This document shows, piece by piece, positions 18,656 to 28,796 of a stretch of DNA of 64,000 nt; positions within the stretch are counted from its first letter, which is position 1; every line of letters begins with the position of its first letter. Under the pieces are notes generated by a model. That model was given only the letters and a program-made list of their open reading frames with translations, was not told the origin of the DNA and did not search any database. A program made the translations under genes and the position numbers. Origin of the DNA: an uncultured Candidatus Saccharibacteria bacterium (GTDB lineage Bacteria > Patescibacteriota > Minisyncoccia > Sungbacterales > HO2-52-23); assembly GCA_964585475.1 (NCBI GenBank), contig CAZPDF010000006.1, forward strand, positions 8,531-72,530. Direction: 5' to 3'.

Positions 18656-21600
18656 ATGTACTCGGGCAAATGGAATCCGGAAACGCGAGAAGGCAAGAAA
18701 CGACTCGAGCATCTCCTCGTCATCGTTAAACGATTGACCTATAGAGAGGATCTTAAAGCCGAACTCAAGAAAGAATCAATGTTCGCGGGATTTAGTACGA
18801 ATGTCGTGTTGAACAAACTCAATCGGGAGCAAATGACAAATCCCACCAGCGCATTGAGCAGGGCCTGGGCGGCAATTCCATTGAAGCCGCACGTTGCGAT
18901 CCGGCTTTTCCCCGATGAGAAACGGCGCGAGGCGCTGAAGCAGGCGCTCACCGATCCAGCCAAAACACTTGATGACATTGAGCGTGACTTCCCTGAATAT
19001 AAACTCCTGCTCAAAAACCAGCGTGATTCGATCAACCGATTTTTTGGTATCACTCGGCCCCATTCCGGGTGGACATCCCGGCTCGGCAAAAAGACGCCGA
19101 CGCCGGTATCCGCGAAGGAAGAGCCGACCCACTCTAAAAACTGGTGGATCCGCTTGACTGAAGAGCAAAAACAGGAGTTTTTGGCTGACTACCGGAAAGA
19201 CTATCGCCTTACCGGCAATACCAATGATGACTACTGCGAGAAGTGGACGCGGATCACCGGAGAGCAGGTAAGCGCGGAAAGTCTGAGCAAAGCCGCGCGA
19301 TACTTTGGCGAGACGAGAAACCGCGTGCAGATCGTAGCAGAATATAAGACCATCGCGCAGGTTCTGAAAGCAATGGACGATAGAATCACACAACTTATCC
19401 TAGCAGGCACTCTTGCCGAAGCGGGGCTCGATGTTCTTTTCGAGACAATAAAACAAGAGTTTAGAGAAGATCTCGAAAAGGTTCAGTTCAATCTCACCCA
19501 AGAATATTTCACCAAGAGGACAGACAAACTTGTTTGGACCGAAGGAAAGGCCGGTGCTCTAACCGAGCTTAACGATTTCATCGACAAGGGATTCACGGCG
19601 GAGAAATTCCACGAATACCACCGGCATATTCCGCTTGAGATGATAAAAGCGAAAATTCTCCAACTTACGGGCACGACCAACATTGAAAACCCGCCGCCTT
19701 TCGTGGCGACAGCTTTTGCCCGAGGAATTGGCCGCCTTATCGGCGACATACCAGAGGCCGAAACCGAACCATTCCAACGGGCCATGAAAGAATTCAAGAT
19801 TCCGGAAATTAGCTTTGACCAGCCGCTGGATATTCCTTTCCGAGACATCAAAAACTTCCGAACGGGTGTAATCAACGGCCCGAACCTAGGAATTCTTCAC
19901 GCGCCCCGTATCGAAAATAACACTTTCCGCCAGGCATTGGCCTTTGCGAAGCTAAGAGGATGGGAGCACCTTTTCCTTCATGGCATATTTGATCTTGATA
20001 TGACTAAGGCCGAAGGTCCGGTAAAAGGTATTCGGGCCCTGTATTCGGGCAGAAACACAAACATTGACGTGCTCGATCCCGGTTATCAGGAAGAGGCGCG
20101 CCGCATAATCCGAGCTATCGAAGCCAATGAGTTTACAAATGAAATCCTGTACGAGACGGCCAAAGAGGCGCTAATGAACCTCTTGCGAGGCCTCTGGAAA
20201 GTAATGCTGCATAACAAGAAGCCGGTGTTTCCGGGCAGAATATCCGTAATCCTTGGCCCGAAAGAGTTTGATGCCATCACTGCCGCGGCCCATGCGGAAA
20301 TCCTTTACGCGACGCTTTGCAAGCAGGAAGAACTTAAGCTTGAGAGGGGCGCTGCCGCGAACGCGGTTCGACGCCATCAAAAACAGCTTTCGAAACTTGA
20401 GGGTCGCATCTGGGATTATGAGTTCGAGCTCTCGCAGGGACCAAACCCTCAAGACGAGGAAGCGCTGCGAGCCAAGATTGAGGCGGTCCGGCAGAAGATA
20501 GACGAGACCAAACAAAAAATAGCGAGCCACAAACAAAAGGTTCGCGAACTCAAAAAAATGGAAGCCCGCACGCGGATGACCAACGTCCGCCCCGAGGAGT
20601 GGCAGCGCTTCCACAAGATCGCCTTAACGCTCGTCTCCATCCTCATTGAACGCGCGATCCCGAATTCAAAGGTGATTTCTCTCGGATCTACTTATATCAA
20701 GGTAGGTCCGGAACCCAAAGACAAGATAAAGTTTGTCATTCCCGGCAACCTCAAGATAACCGATGCTAGTGTTTCAAACTACGCCAATACCTATTCTACC
20801 GAGGCGCTATCGATGAAAATGGCAGAAACCATCATCATATGCCCTCCGTATTCGGTCGGATACGCCATGACCGCACGCGAAGTCGATTCAAAAGGAACAC
20901 GCGGGTATGCGTCGCGTATCTACAATGCGCTGACCTGTATCGACGGACCGTTCATACGCGAAAAAACCAAAAATGTCATCCGGGAAAGTCATCCCATCGG
21001 ACAATTGGCGAATCATCCCATGTTCCAAGGCGGTATTCTTGAGATCAACTGCGTGGACGGCATGGTAACTGCAAATCCGGTGACCACCGAGACGCTAGCA
21101 AGTTGCGAGCGGAGAGCTAAGGGACTAATCCATGGCAAAAATGCGCTGGCAGACAAATACATCTGGGTAATGATCGCGACCGACCAGCACTACGGCGGAC
21201 GGGCAAAAGAATTTTTGGAAGATCGGGAGACGGGAAAAAGCTTGGGAATGGCTGAAGCCGTGTTCCACCTCATGCGAAAAGCCGGCTACGGCGACGGCGA
21301 CAAGCTCCCGCCGTTCCACATTTTTACGGTAAACGATGACCCCACGCAAGGCCACCACTTCCCGGCAGAAAAAGAGCCGCATCGGCATGAAATGCAGTAT
21401 CACAGATATGAGAAAGAGCTGAATAAACTGCGTGCGCAGTATAGGACCGAAAAGAACCCGCGTATCAAAGAGGCCTTAATGGAAAAAATCGCCGCGTTCT
21501 CCAAGCGCCAGGTGCGCGTCAGAGGAACCGATTCCTACACGCGCCAGATGCAGGATTTCATCCATAGACACATCAAGGGCAACATTGATATGTTCAGCGG

Positions 21601-22312
21601 AATGCTAAAGCGATCCGAGAAAGCGGGATTGATCCTTAAGCCCGTAAGCGAATTTGAGGATTATCTCGAGATTGCGTTTGACACCTGTGATCTCGGCTTC
21701 ATCAACTTGGGGACCGGAAATCATGGTTTGAGCACCACGGAGGACAATCTTTCCGAAGGCGTAATTTTCGCCGAGATAATGAAACCGTATCTAATGATGC
21801 GTCCCCATTGGCACGATAAACCGGAGCTCTTGGATCGCTATGTAACCGGACCCACTTTTGGCAATAAGTTCATCGCATTCGGAACCGTCAAGGCCCCGGG
21901 CGGGTATGAATACGGGTTTGACCTTAGAAACTCCCCTGCTACCAATACGGTTGACTGGGGCAATACGGTACGAGCCGGTGCCCGGACCGACCTAAGACGA
22001 GCAAACTACGGCGCAAGAATATTCGAAGAGAAACTAACCGTCATAATCACAGGAGATAAACACTTCTTGTCAGCACTCCTCATGGCCTTGCGGCTTCACT
22101 TAATGTCGCCTGCCGGAACTCACACAGACGCCTACGGCGAGCGCGGATTTCCGCCGAATGGCTCCGGCATTGCCCTTCTCGGACTTCCCGCCGAGGGCCC
22201 GGCATCAGGTCCAATCCTTATCCGTTACCTCCTTCTTCACCACCTCCGAGATTACATCGAGAAAAATCCCCGGCAGCTTGACTTTGAAGCGCTTCTCGTG
22301 AATCCTCTGTAA
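18656..22312 (+). CDS. Large (1218 aa) protein with a C-terminal calcineurin-like metallophosphoesterase domain; N-terminal 800 aa unknown with a coiled-coil segment
   Basis: C-terminal motifs ATDQHYGG (D-x-H), GDGD, VNDDPTQGHHF (GNH[DE]-like) and ITGDKHF (GH-x-H-like) in canonical order. Confidence 0.45.
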   Translation: MYSGKWNPETREGKKRLEHLLVIVKRLTYREDLKAELKKESMFAGFSTNVVLNKLNREQMTNPTSALSRAWAAIPLKPHVAIRLFPDEKRREALKQALTDPAKTLDDIERDFPEYKLLLKNQRDSINRFFGITRPHSGWTSRLGKKTPTPVSAKEEPTHSKNWWIRLTEEQKQEFLADYRKDYRLTGNTNDDYCEKWTRITGEQVSAESLSKAARYFGETRNRVQIVAEYKTIAQVLKAMDDRITQLILAGTLAEAGLDVLFETIKQEFREDLEKVQFNLTQEYFTKRTDKLVWTEGKAGALTELNDFIDKGFTAEKFHEYHRHIPLEMIKAKILQLTGTTNIENPPPFVATAFARGIGRLIGDIPEAETEPFQRAMKEFKIPEISFDQPLDIPFRDIKNFRTGVINGPNLGILHAPRIENNTFRQALAFAKLRGWEHLFLHGIFDLDMTKAEGPVKGIRALYSGRNTNIDVLDPGYQEEARRIIRAIEANEFTNEILYETAKEALMNLLRGLWKVMLHNKKPVFPGRISVILGPKEFDAITAAAHAEILYATLCKQEELKLERGAAANAVRRHQKQLSKLEGRIWDYEFELSQGPNPQDEEALRAKIEAVRQKIDETKQKIASHKQKVRELKKMEARTRMTNVRPEEWQRFHKIALTLVSILIERAIPNSKVISLGSTYIKVGPEPKDKIKFVIPGNLKITDASVSNYANTYSTEALSMKMAETIIICPPYSVGYAMTAREVDSKGTRGYASRIYNALTCIDGPFIREKTKNVIRESHPIGQLANHPMFQGGILEINCVDGMVTANPVTTETLASCERRAKGLIHGKNALADKYIWVMIATDQHYGGRAKEFLEDRETGKSLGMAEAVFHLMRKAGYGDGDKLPPFHIFTVNDDPTQGHHFPAEKEPHRHEMQYHRYEKELNKLRAQYRTEKNPRIKEALMEKIAAFSKRQVRVRGTDSYTRQMQDFIHRHIKGNIDMFSGMLKRSEKAGLILKPVSEFEDYLEIAFDTCDLGFINLGTGNHGLSTTEDNLSEGVIFAEIMKPYLMMRPHWHDKPELLDRYVTGPTFGNKFIAFGTVKAPGGYEYGFDLRNSPATNTVDWGNTVRAGARTDLRRANYGARIFEEKLTVIITGDKHFLSALLMALRLHLMSPAGTHTDAYGERGFPPNGSGIALLGLPAEGPASGPILIRYLLLHHLRDYIEKNPRQLDFEALLVNPL

Positions 22313-22320
22313 AATCCAAA

Positions 22321-22346
22321 AAACAAATAGTCCCCCAAAAGGGGAC
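22321..22346 (+). terminator. Rho-independent terminator
   Basis: GTCCCCCAAAAGGGGGAC followed by TTTTAAATT. Confidence 0.7.
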
Positions 22347-22419
22347 TTTTAAATTCCGGGTGGTTCGGCGGAATTTTCCAAAAACAAAAAAAGTCACCCG
22401 CTAGGGCGACTGTGCTAAA

Positions 22420-23028
22420 TTAAAAAGGCAGCTCGGTAATTACTTCATCAATTACGCCGTGGGTTCCCATGGCCTTGGCTTGGGTAACATCAAGCCAGTA
22501 ATCCAGTTTTTTTGTTTTGGCCAGCAACTCCTCAATGTCTAGTCCGATTCTTTGCGCAATGATATTCATAACGATTCGGTTGATACGCTTCATCTCGTCT
22601 GCCCGCTCTTCTGTGACATTCACCTCTTCCTCTCGAAAAAGAATTGAATCGCTGACTTGGTGGAGGAGAAATTGCGTATGCGGAGTTGCGAATCTTTTGG
22701 TGCCCGCCTGGATAATCACGGAAGCCATGGAGGCCACAAGACCCATGCCAACGATATTTACAGTAATCCCCCTTGCAGTGATAACCCCAATCGCATCGTG
22801 TATTCCAATACCGTAATATACATCGCCACCGGGAGAATTTAGTATGATCCAAATCGGTAGCTTCTCGGACAAGCAGCGTTCGCTTATATACACGAGGTCG
22901 CGACAGAAATTACCACACACGGCAGCGTCAACCGCATCGTCGATAAATAAAATCCGTCTAGCTCTAAGATTATAATCCCGTTCATCTTCGGTCCTTAAAA
23001 GAGACGGTTTTCTTGACGGTTCGGGCAT
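22420..23028 (-). CDS. clpP: ATP-dependent Clp protease proteolytic subunit (ClpP family); the ORF extends to 23085, and a start at 23028 has an AAGGAG RBS
   Basis: LNSPGGDVYYGIGIHD, GMGLVASMASVI (catalytic Ser) and LLHQV (catalytic His) blocks. Confidence 0.7.
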   Translation of the reverse strand: MPEPSRKPSLLRTEDERDYNLRARRILFIDDAVDAAVCGNFCRDLVYISERCLSEKLPIWIILNSPGGDVYYGIGIHDAIGVITARGITVNIVGMGLVASMASVIIQAGTKRFATPHTQFLLHQVSDSILFREEEVNVTEERADEMKRINRIVMNIIAQRIGLDIEELLAKTKKLDYWLDVTQAKAMGTHGVIDEVITELPF

Positions 23029-23201
23029 CGCTTTTCTCCTTTTAGGTTCTGATGCCAGAATAGGGCCTATATAGGAAAATTGCAATATTCAACCATTCCC
23101 CCCTTCGGGGGATTTTTTGCTTCTTGGCGCGTTCGTACCTATACCCGTAGTTTGATATAATAAAATAAGCATCTTCACAATGAAAAATACGGGAGAAAAC
23201 G

Positions 23202-25271
23202 ATGCTTGATAAGGACCAGGGGCCGCCGATATCTTCCACCCGCGTATTTTCTGGAAGCGTGCCGTTAAAGAGGGTCCATCTGCCAAACATAGTGCTTTTT
23301 CCTTCCGGACTTCACGGCGATCTTAAGTTCACGGAAAAGGAAATAAGGGCCGGGTATCTTGAATATACGAGGCCCAAACCTTATCTTGTGCTCCAGCCGC
23401 AAATTACCCGAAATCCCAATATCGGCATAGGGCTTCTCGGAAAAATCTTAAATAGACGCGAGGAAAACGGTGTGCAAAGATTCGACCTTATGGGCATCCT
23501 GCGCGTACGCATTACCGGAATAGAAAATAAAAAAGGTATGCTGTTTGCGAAAATACTCCCCATTTTAGATCGCCCGTCCCCTACAGAAATTGAGCAAAAC
23601 CCGGATTTTCATTCAGCACTGCCAATATTTAAGGGCCTTTGTGAAGAATTGCTGGAAGGAATTGACGATGAACTTACCGCAGAGCAGTGGCTGCAGGCAA
23701 TCATGGAAAAAGCAAGAAATGCGGATTCCGAAACCATATCCCAAGTCATTGATGCGATCATGAATCTTCTCAACCACCTTGAAATCGGCGGAGGGGACGG
23801 CTTTGACATGTCTATGCCTTCCGTCATCATTTTCCAGGAAGAAGACACGCTGAAACGCCTTATGCTCTGCATCGGGCTTCTGGACAAGCTACTCCACGGC
23901 GAAATTATTGAGAAACCGCCTGAAAAAAGGGGAAGAGATGGCCACAAGATCCGTAAGCCGGATGATGATCCCGTAAAGATTGCCACGCATGATCAAAAAA
24001 TAGTTAGCAGAAAGGAGCTCGTGAACGTAATATTCTATGACGAAGCGGCTCCTCCGGATAATACTGATCCGGACGAAACGGCTGAACTGGATATTCCGGA
24101 AAGCACTGACCCGCCGATTATTGCTAAAAGCAGAGAATTTCTGTCAGGGAGAGTCATCGGGCAAGACAGGGCCATCCGCACTATTGTTCGTTCTTTCAAT
24201 CTGGCCAAGGCCGGAATATTTCCCAAAGAAGGGCCCCTGCTGATTCTTTATTGCGCTGGTCCCTCTCGGGTTGGAAAAACGGAAACCGCTTTTGCGCTCG
24301 GCGACATGCTCTGGCAACTGGAAAAAGACGTACTGGCTAGAGCCAAAGAGAAAGGGCAAAAGCTTCCCTTCTCGGAAGAAGATATTGCATCGCCCCCGCT
24401 TATTAAAATTGATTGTGGTCTATTGGCGGGATCCTTGACGCACGGCGCATCAAATCTTATTGGGGCGCCGGCGGGATTTGTGGGGAGCAAAGGCACTGGC
24501 AAATCTGCACAGCCACCCATTCTCTCGCCGAAAAATTTCCCTTCCAACAGAATTAGGGTTCTCCTTTTTGATGAATTTGAAAAAGCCATACTTCAATCGC
24601 GGGACTACGGAGCGGAATTAATCGGTATATTGGTTAATATGCTTGATAAGGGTATTCTCGTAAATAACTGGGGCGACGAAGTTTCTTTCCATCTCACCAT
24701 TGTCATCTTCACTTCTAACCTCGGCACCAAAGAAATCATGGACAAGGCCGAAGACCCCAAAATCGGTTTTGGCCGGGGAACCAAGAGGAAACATCTGACG
24801 GAGGAGGAGATAGAAAAGCTCAATGACCGTATTTACGAAAGCACGAGGGAGATCTACGAGAAAACGTTCCCGCAAGAATTCCGCAATAGAATAACGCGTT
24901 TCATCGTCTATCGATTCCTAACTTATTTGGACTATAGGGCGATCATCGCCAAGGAATTCGCCTATTTCCAAAAGGTTATAAAGGAGCAGTGCGGCATTGA
25001 GGTGGTGCTTAGCGAAGACGCAGTTCAATGGATGCTTTCGGAGATCCGTGCCGAGGAGGGAGTGCAGAAACTTAGGATTTTCATGGAGAAAGAAATTGCC
25101 GACCCGCTCGCTCGTGCCCACAATCTCGGGCGGCTCAAGCGCGGCAAAACATACGAGGTCTACACCAAACAAAAACCCGTAAAGCGTAACGGAAAAAATG
25201 GCGAAGACGGAGACAGCGAAACCAAAGCAGTATTCAAAATTAAAAAAGTAGAGCAGGGCTCGCCCCGTTAG
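23202..25271 (+). CDS. Lon N-terminal domain fused to a single Clp/Hsp100-type AAA+ module (ClpA/B/C D2-like unfoldase)
   Basis: N-terminal LON substrate-binding-like region (PNIVLFPSGLHGDLKF...GILRVRI). AAA+ region: GQDRAIRTIVRSF...ILYCAGPSRVGKTETAFALG (Walker A) ... IKIDCG...LIGAPAGFVGS ... VLLFDEFEKA (Walker B). Confidence 0.6.
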   Translation: MLDKDQGPPISSTRVFSGSVPLKRVHLPNIVLFPSGLHGDLKFTEKEIRAGYLEYTRPKPYLVLQPQITRNPNIGIGLLGKILNRREENGVQRFDLMGILRVRITGIENKKGMLFAKILPILDRPSPTEIEQNPDFHSALPIFKGLCEELLEGIDDELTAEQWLQAIMEKARNADSETISQVIDAIMNLLNHLEIGGGDGFDMSMPSVIIFQEEDTLKRLMLCIGLLDKLLHGEIIEKPPEKRGRDGHKIRKPDDDPVKIATHDQKIVSRKELVNVIFYDEAAPPDNTDPDETAELDIPESTDPPIIAKSREFLSGRVIGQDRAIRTIVRSFNLAKAGIFPKEGPLLILYCAGPSRVGKTETAFALGDMLWQLEKDVLARAKEKGQKLPFSEEDIASPPLIKIDCGLLAGSLTHGASNLIGAPAGFVGSKGTGKSAQPPILSPKNFPSNRIRVLLFDEFEKAILQSRDYGAELIGILVNMLDKGILVNNWGDEVSFHLTIVIFTSNLGTKEIMDKAEDPKIGFGRGTKRKHLTEEEIEKLNDRIYESTREIYEKTFPQEFRNRITRFIVYRFLTYLDYRAIIAKEFAYFQKVIKEQCGIEVVLSEDAVQWMLSEIRAEEGVQKLRIFMEKEIADPLARAHNLGRLKRGKTYEVYTKQKPVKRNGKNGEDGDSETKAVFKIKKVEQGSPR

Positions 25272-25290
25272 ATTCAACGGGGCATTTTTG
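25263..25290 (+). terminator. Rho-independent terminator
   Basis: CCCCGTTAGATTCAACGGGG followed by CATTTTTG. Confidence 0.65.
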
Positions 25291-25384
25291 TACCATACTC
25301 CTCGATGCAGAAACCAAAACTAATTTTTAATTTAGAACCAAAAGAGTCTAACGGGGCTCGTAGTGGGCCCTGTTTTTTGTTAGA

Positions 25385-26029
25385 ATGTCTCCTATGACAA
25401 CCAAAGAAAAACTCATCGAGTCAATTATAAGAGATGGCTATCTTAAAAACCCGAAGATAATTGAGGCCTTTTTTGCGATTGACCGGGCAGAGTTTGTAGC
25501 ACCCGAATACTTGAAAGAATCGTACGAAAACTATCCCCTGCCGATCGGCGAGGGACAGACCATCTCCCAGCCCCTAACAGTTGCTTTTTTGCTTGAATTG
25601 CTTGATCCTCGGCCGGGCGAAAAAATTTTGGACATCGGCTCCGGCTCCGGATGGACCACGGCGCTTCTTGCCTATATCGTCGGCAAAAAAGGAAGAGTTT
25701 TCGGGATTGAACGGATAAAAAAGCTTTGCGATTTTGGAGAGACGAATGTGCGGAAATATAACTTTATTGAAAAGGGGATTGTGAAATTCTCGAGCGTTGA
25801 CGGGACGCTCGGCCTTCCCGAGCATGCGCCTTACGACAAGATTCTTGCCGGAGCCGCTGCCTCCAAGGAAATCCCCAAGGCCTGGCGGGAACAGCTTAAA
25901 ATCGACGGGAAAATAGTTGCCCCAGTCGGTGGAGCGGTCTGGCTTTTTATCAAAAAATCCGAAAAAAGATGGGAAGAGAATGGATATTCCGGATTCGCAT
26001 TTGTGCCGTTAATAAGCGATAAAGAATGA
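25385..26029 (+). CDS. pcm: Protein-L-isoaspartate O-methyltransferase
   Basis: GEGQTISQPLTVAFLLELLDPRPGEKILDIGSGSGWTTALLA, the PIMT signature. Confidence 0.8.
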   Translation: MSPMTTKEKLIESIIRDGYLKNPKIIEAFFAIDRAEFVAPEYLKESYENYPLPIGEGQTISQPLTVAFLLELLDPRPGEKILDIGSGSGWTTALLAYIVGKKGRVFGIERIKKLCDFGETNVRKYNFIEKGIVKFSSVDGTLGLPEHAPYDKILAGAAASKEIPKAWREQLKIDGKIVAPVGGAVWLFIKKSEKRWEENGYSGFAFVPLISDKE

Positions 26030-26032
26030 TCC

Positions 26033-27124
26033 ATGCCGGAAATCATGAATGAACAAAATAATACAAACGGGCCGGAAGCAAATCAGCAAAATGGCTTGGT
26101 ACCCGAGCGGATAAAATCGTTGCCGCATCCCATCCTTGTCGCCTGTCTCTTGTTGCTTGTCGCTACGACTGGTCTCGTCGCCAACGAAATCTATCGCCCG
26201 CATACCTCATTCAAAAACGCAAAATCGGTGGAGATTCCTTCCGGAATCGGGTCAAGAAAAATTGCCGAACTCTTAAAAAACGAGGGGGTCATACGGTCAA
26301 AATGGGGATTTGTTTTTTACATATCGCTCAAAGGGAAGGCCTCTCTTCTTAAGCCGGGCAGTTATCTATTTTCACGCCAAACCATTCCCGAGATAGTGCG
26401 GGATCTCATGCGCGGAGGAACTAATGAACGTGTCATTACCATTCCCGAGGGCTGGTCAACCAAAGATATTGCCGAATATTTTGAGCGGGAAGGTGTCATC
26501 CCGCGCAACGAGTTTCTCAAAATCTCCGGTGGTCAACACCCGGTGTTGACCATAGACAGATTTGATTTTTTAAAAGACCAACCCAGGGACGCTGGCCTCG
26601 AAGGATATCTTTTCCCAGATACCTACCGCGTTTTCAAAGATGCTAAGCTCGAAGATATTATAGTCAAAATGCTTGAAAATTTTGGGAGAAAAATAACGCC
26701 GGAACTACGAGAAGAAACCGCCCGCCAGAATAAAACGCTCTTTGAAATAATAACTATGGCCTCTCTCATTGAAAAAGAAGTAGTAACCGACGAAGACCGC
26801 GCTCTGGTTTCCGGAATTTTATGGAAACGGCTGTCTCTAGGAATAGGTCTTCAGGTTGATGCCACGATAATTTACATCACCGGCAAAAAATCTACGCGCG
26901 TCTCGCGAGAGGAAACCCAAATTGATTCTCTTTATAACACTTATAAATACCGCGGCCTGCCCGTGGGGCCTATTGCAAATCCGGGGCTTTCTGCAATCCG
27001 CGCGGCGATTTATCCTAAAGAATCTCCGTATCTTTATTATCTTTCTGCTCCGGACGGACGAACGATTTTCTCACAAACGCTTGATGAGCATAATGAAGCC
27101 AAGGCCAAGTACTTGACAAGATAG
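26033..27124 (+). CDS. mltG: Endolytic murein transglycosylase MltG (YceG-like)
   Basis: N-terminal TM segment, then the YceG-like domain (ITIPEGWSTKDIAEYF..., LYYLSAPDG). Confidence 0.75.
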   Translation: MPEIMNEQNNTNGPEANQQNGLVPERIKSLPHPILVACLLLLVATTGLVANEIYRPHTSFKNAKSVEIPSGIGSRKIAELLKNEGVIRSKWGFVFYISLKGKASLLKPGSYLFSRQTIPEIVRDLMRGGTNERVITIPEGWSTKDIAEYFEREGVIPRNEFLKISGGQHPVLTIDRFDFLKDQPRDAGLEGYLFPDTYRVFKDAKLEDIIVKMLENFGRKITPELREETARQNKTLFEIITMASLIEKEVVTDEDRALVSGILWKRLSLGIGLQVDATIIYITGKKSTRVSREETQIDSLYNTYKYRGLPVGPIANPGLSAIRAAIYPKESPYLYYLSAPDGRTIFSQTLDEHNEAKAKYLTR

Positions 27125-27216
27125 ATCGTCAAATATATACTAACCCAAGCTCTAATTGAAAAAGGTGTGAACATGAGCAAGTGCGTTGATGAGGTGAGAA
27201 AGGTGCACACACGGGG

Positions 27217-27244
27217 TTGACAAAAATCTTAAAAAGTATAAAAT
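27217..27244 (+). promoter_or_regulatory. Sigma70-like promoter (TTGACA -35, 16-nt spacer, TAAAAT -10)
   Basis: TTGACA at 27217-27222; TAAAAT at 27239-27244; downstream ORF starts at 27278. Confidence 0.5.
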
Positions 27245-27277
27245 AAATGTAGCCCTTAAAACAACTAGGCGTAGAAA

Positions 27278-27730
27278 ATGAGAAGATCTTCTCTTTCGGT
27301 TCTGCTAATCTTCATAGTCGTTTTCAGCGTAGCCATTCAAGAGACAAGTGCAGTAGTACCGGAATGTTGGGACCGCGATGGACTGGTTGTTACTAATTTC
27401 CATGTTCTCGTACAAATTGATGTACTCCTTCCACGACTTAGCGCCAAAGGTAGAATTGAACTCCGGCCCGGGTTATTCACCAACCGAAGCGGTTGCTTGC
27501 TTGAAATTCATACCCACGATGATTCCGGCCTCCTCCACATTGCAAGCGCTGTCAAAAAAGAATTTACCCTAGGGGATGTCATAGAAATCCTTGAGTCTAA
27601 GGGCATCTCTCTTAAAAATTCGGACGGATCACCACCCTCAGTAATCGCGGACAATTCGCGGATCGAATCCCTTCGAGATTACGCACTGCGTGATGGAATG
27701 GTTATCTTAATTTTTATAGAAATCAAATGA
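27278..27730 (+). CDS. Hypothetical secreted protein
   Basis: N-terminal signal peptide (LLIFIVVFSVAIQETSA); no recognisable domain. Confidence 0.35.
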   Translation: MRRSSLSVLLIFIVVFSVAIQETSAVVPECWDRDGLVVTNFHVLVQIDVLLPRLSAKGRIELRPGLFTNRSGCLLEIHTHDDSGLLHIASAVKKEFTLGDVIEILESKGISLKNSDGSPPSVIADNSRIESLRDYALRDGMVILIFIEIK

Positions 27731-28122
27731 TATCTCCATAGCCGCCCTTCGGGGCATTTTAATTTCGCACTATTGACCCCGTTAGAAGTCTGGGGTAGAA
27801 AAATTTCTATAAAATTTTTCTACGGGGAACTAAGCCGGGAGGAGGTTCAATGATTCAAGTTCCGGGTGGGTTTACGTTAGATAGAGCGACTTCTAACGGG
27901 GTTGACAGGATATTTATAACGACTATACTAGCCATAGTTTCCAAAGACAGTCCCGATTTTGTCTGCGGCTCTGCTGTAGCAACAAAATCGAGGATCCCGA
28001 CTCCAAGGGCGTCGGGATCGGCATGCCACTAAAAAAGGCAAGAAGTCCGACCGAGGAAAATCTACGCCAAGCCCAACTTGGCATAGGAGGATTTTTCTTC
28101 GGTCGCCTCAATGGCGATTTTT

Positions 28123-28247
28123 ATAATTGGCAGCGAGGTAGAAGTGAAAATATCAATTTTCATTTCGACCGAGCGAACCAGTTATAATTGGCAATGAGGG
28201 AGAAGTAAAAATAGATTTTTACTTCGACCGAATGAACCGATTATATC
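28123..28247 (+). promoter_or_regulatory. Tandem duplicated ~62-bp hairpin units upstream of rplJ (possible L10 leader-like regulatory structure)
   Basis: Unit 1: TATAATTGGCAGCGAGGTAGAAGTGAAAATATCAATTTTCATTTCGACCGAGCGAACCAGT. Unit 2: TATAATTGGCAATGAGGGAGAAGTAAAAATAGATTTTTACTTCGACCGAATGAACCGAT. Confidence 0.4.
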
Positions 28248-28274
28248 CAAAGATATATCAAGCGAAGCGAAGAT

Positions 28275-28796
28275 ATGTTAAATAAGTCACAAAAAGAGAA
28301 AATTGTCGAGGAGGTAGCCGATAAATTTAAAAGGCAGAAAATTGCGGTATTTACGGATTTTCACGGAGTTTCTGTTGCCAAATCTCAATCGCTCCGGCGT
28401 CTCCTGAAAGAGATACATGCCGAATACAAAGTGGCCAAAAAGACCCTCCTTGATCGAGCCCTTGAGAAAGCCGGCATTGGAATTAAGACCAAAGAACTAC
28501 AAGGGGAACTTGGCATAGCGTTCGGATACGGCGATGCGGTGGCCATGGCCAAATCTCTTGTTAAATTCGGCAAAAAGAACGCAACCTTCAAAATTCTTAA
28601 AGGACTTCTTGAAGGAAAAATACTGGAGGGCAAGGAAATTGTGGCGTTAGCCAAACTCCCGTCGCGCGAGATACTGATTGCCCAGTTTCTTGGAACATTG
28701 CAGGCGCCCATGAGAGGATTAGTTACTATTCTCGGGGGCAATATACGTAATTTGGTAGTGGTTTTACACAAGATTAAAGATAATAAATCCGCGTAG
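28275..28796 (+). CDS. rplJ: 50S ribosomal protein L10
   Basis: MLNKSQKEKIVEEVADKFKRQKIAVFTDFHGVSVAKSQSLRRLL; operon position upstream of rplL. Confidence 0.9.
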   Translation: MLNKSQKEKIVEEVADKFKRQKIAVFTDFHGVSVAKSQSLRRLLKEIHAEYKVAKKTLLDRALEKAGIGIKTKELQGELGIAFGYGDAVAMAKSLVKFGKKNATFKILKGLLEGKILEGKEIVALAKLPSREILIAQFLGTLQAPMRGLVTILGGNIRNLVVVLHKIKDNKSA

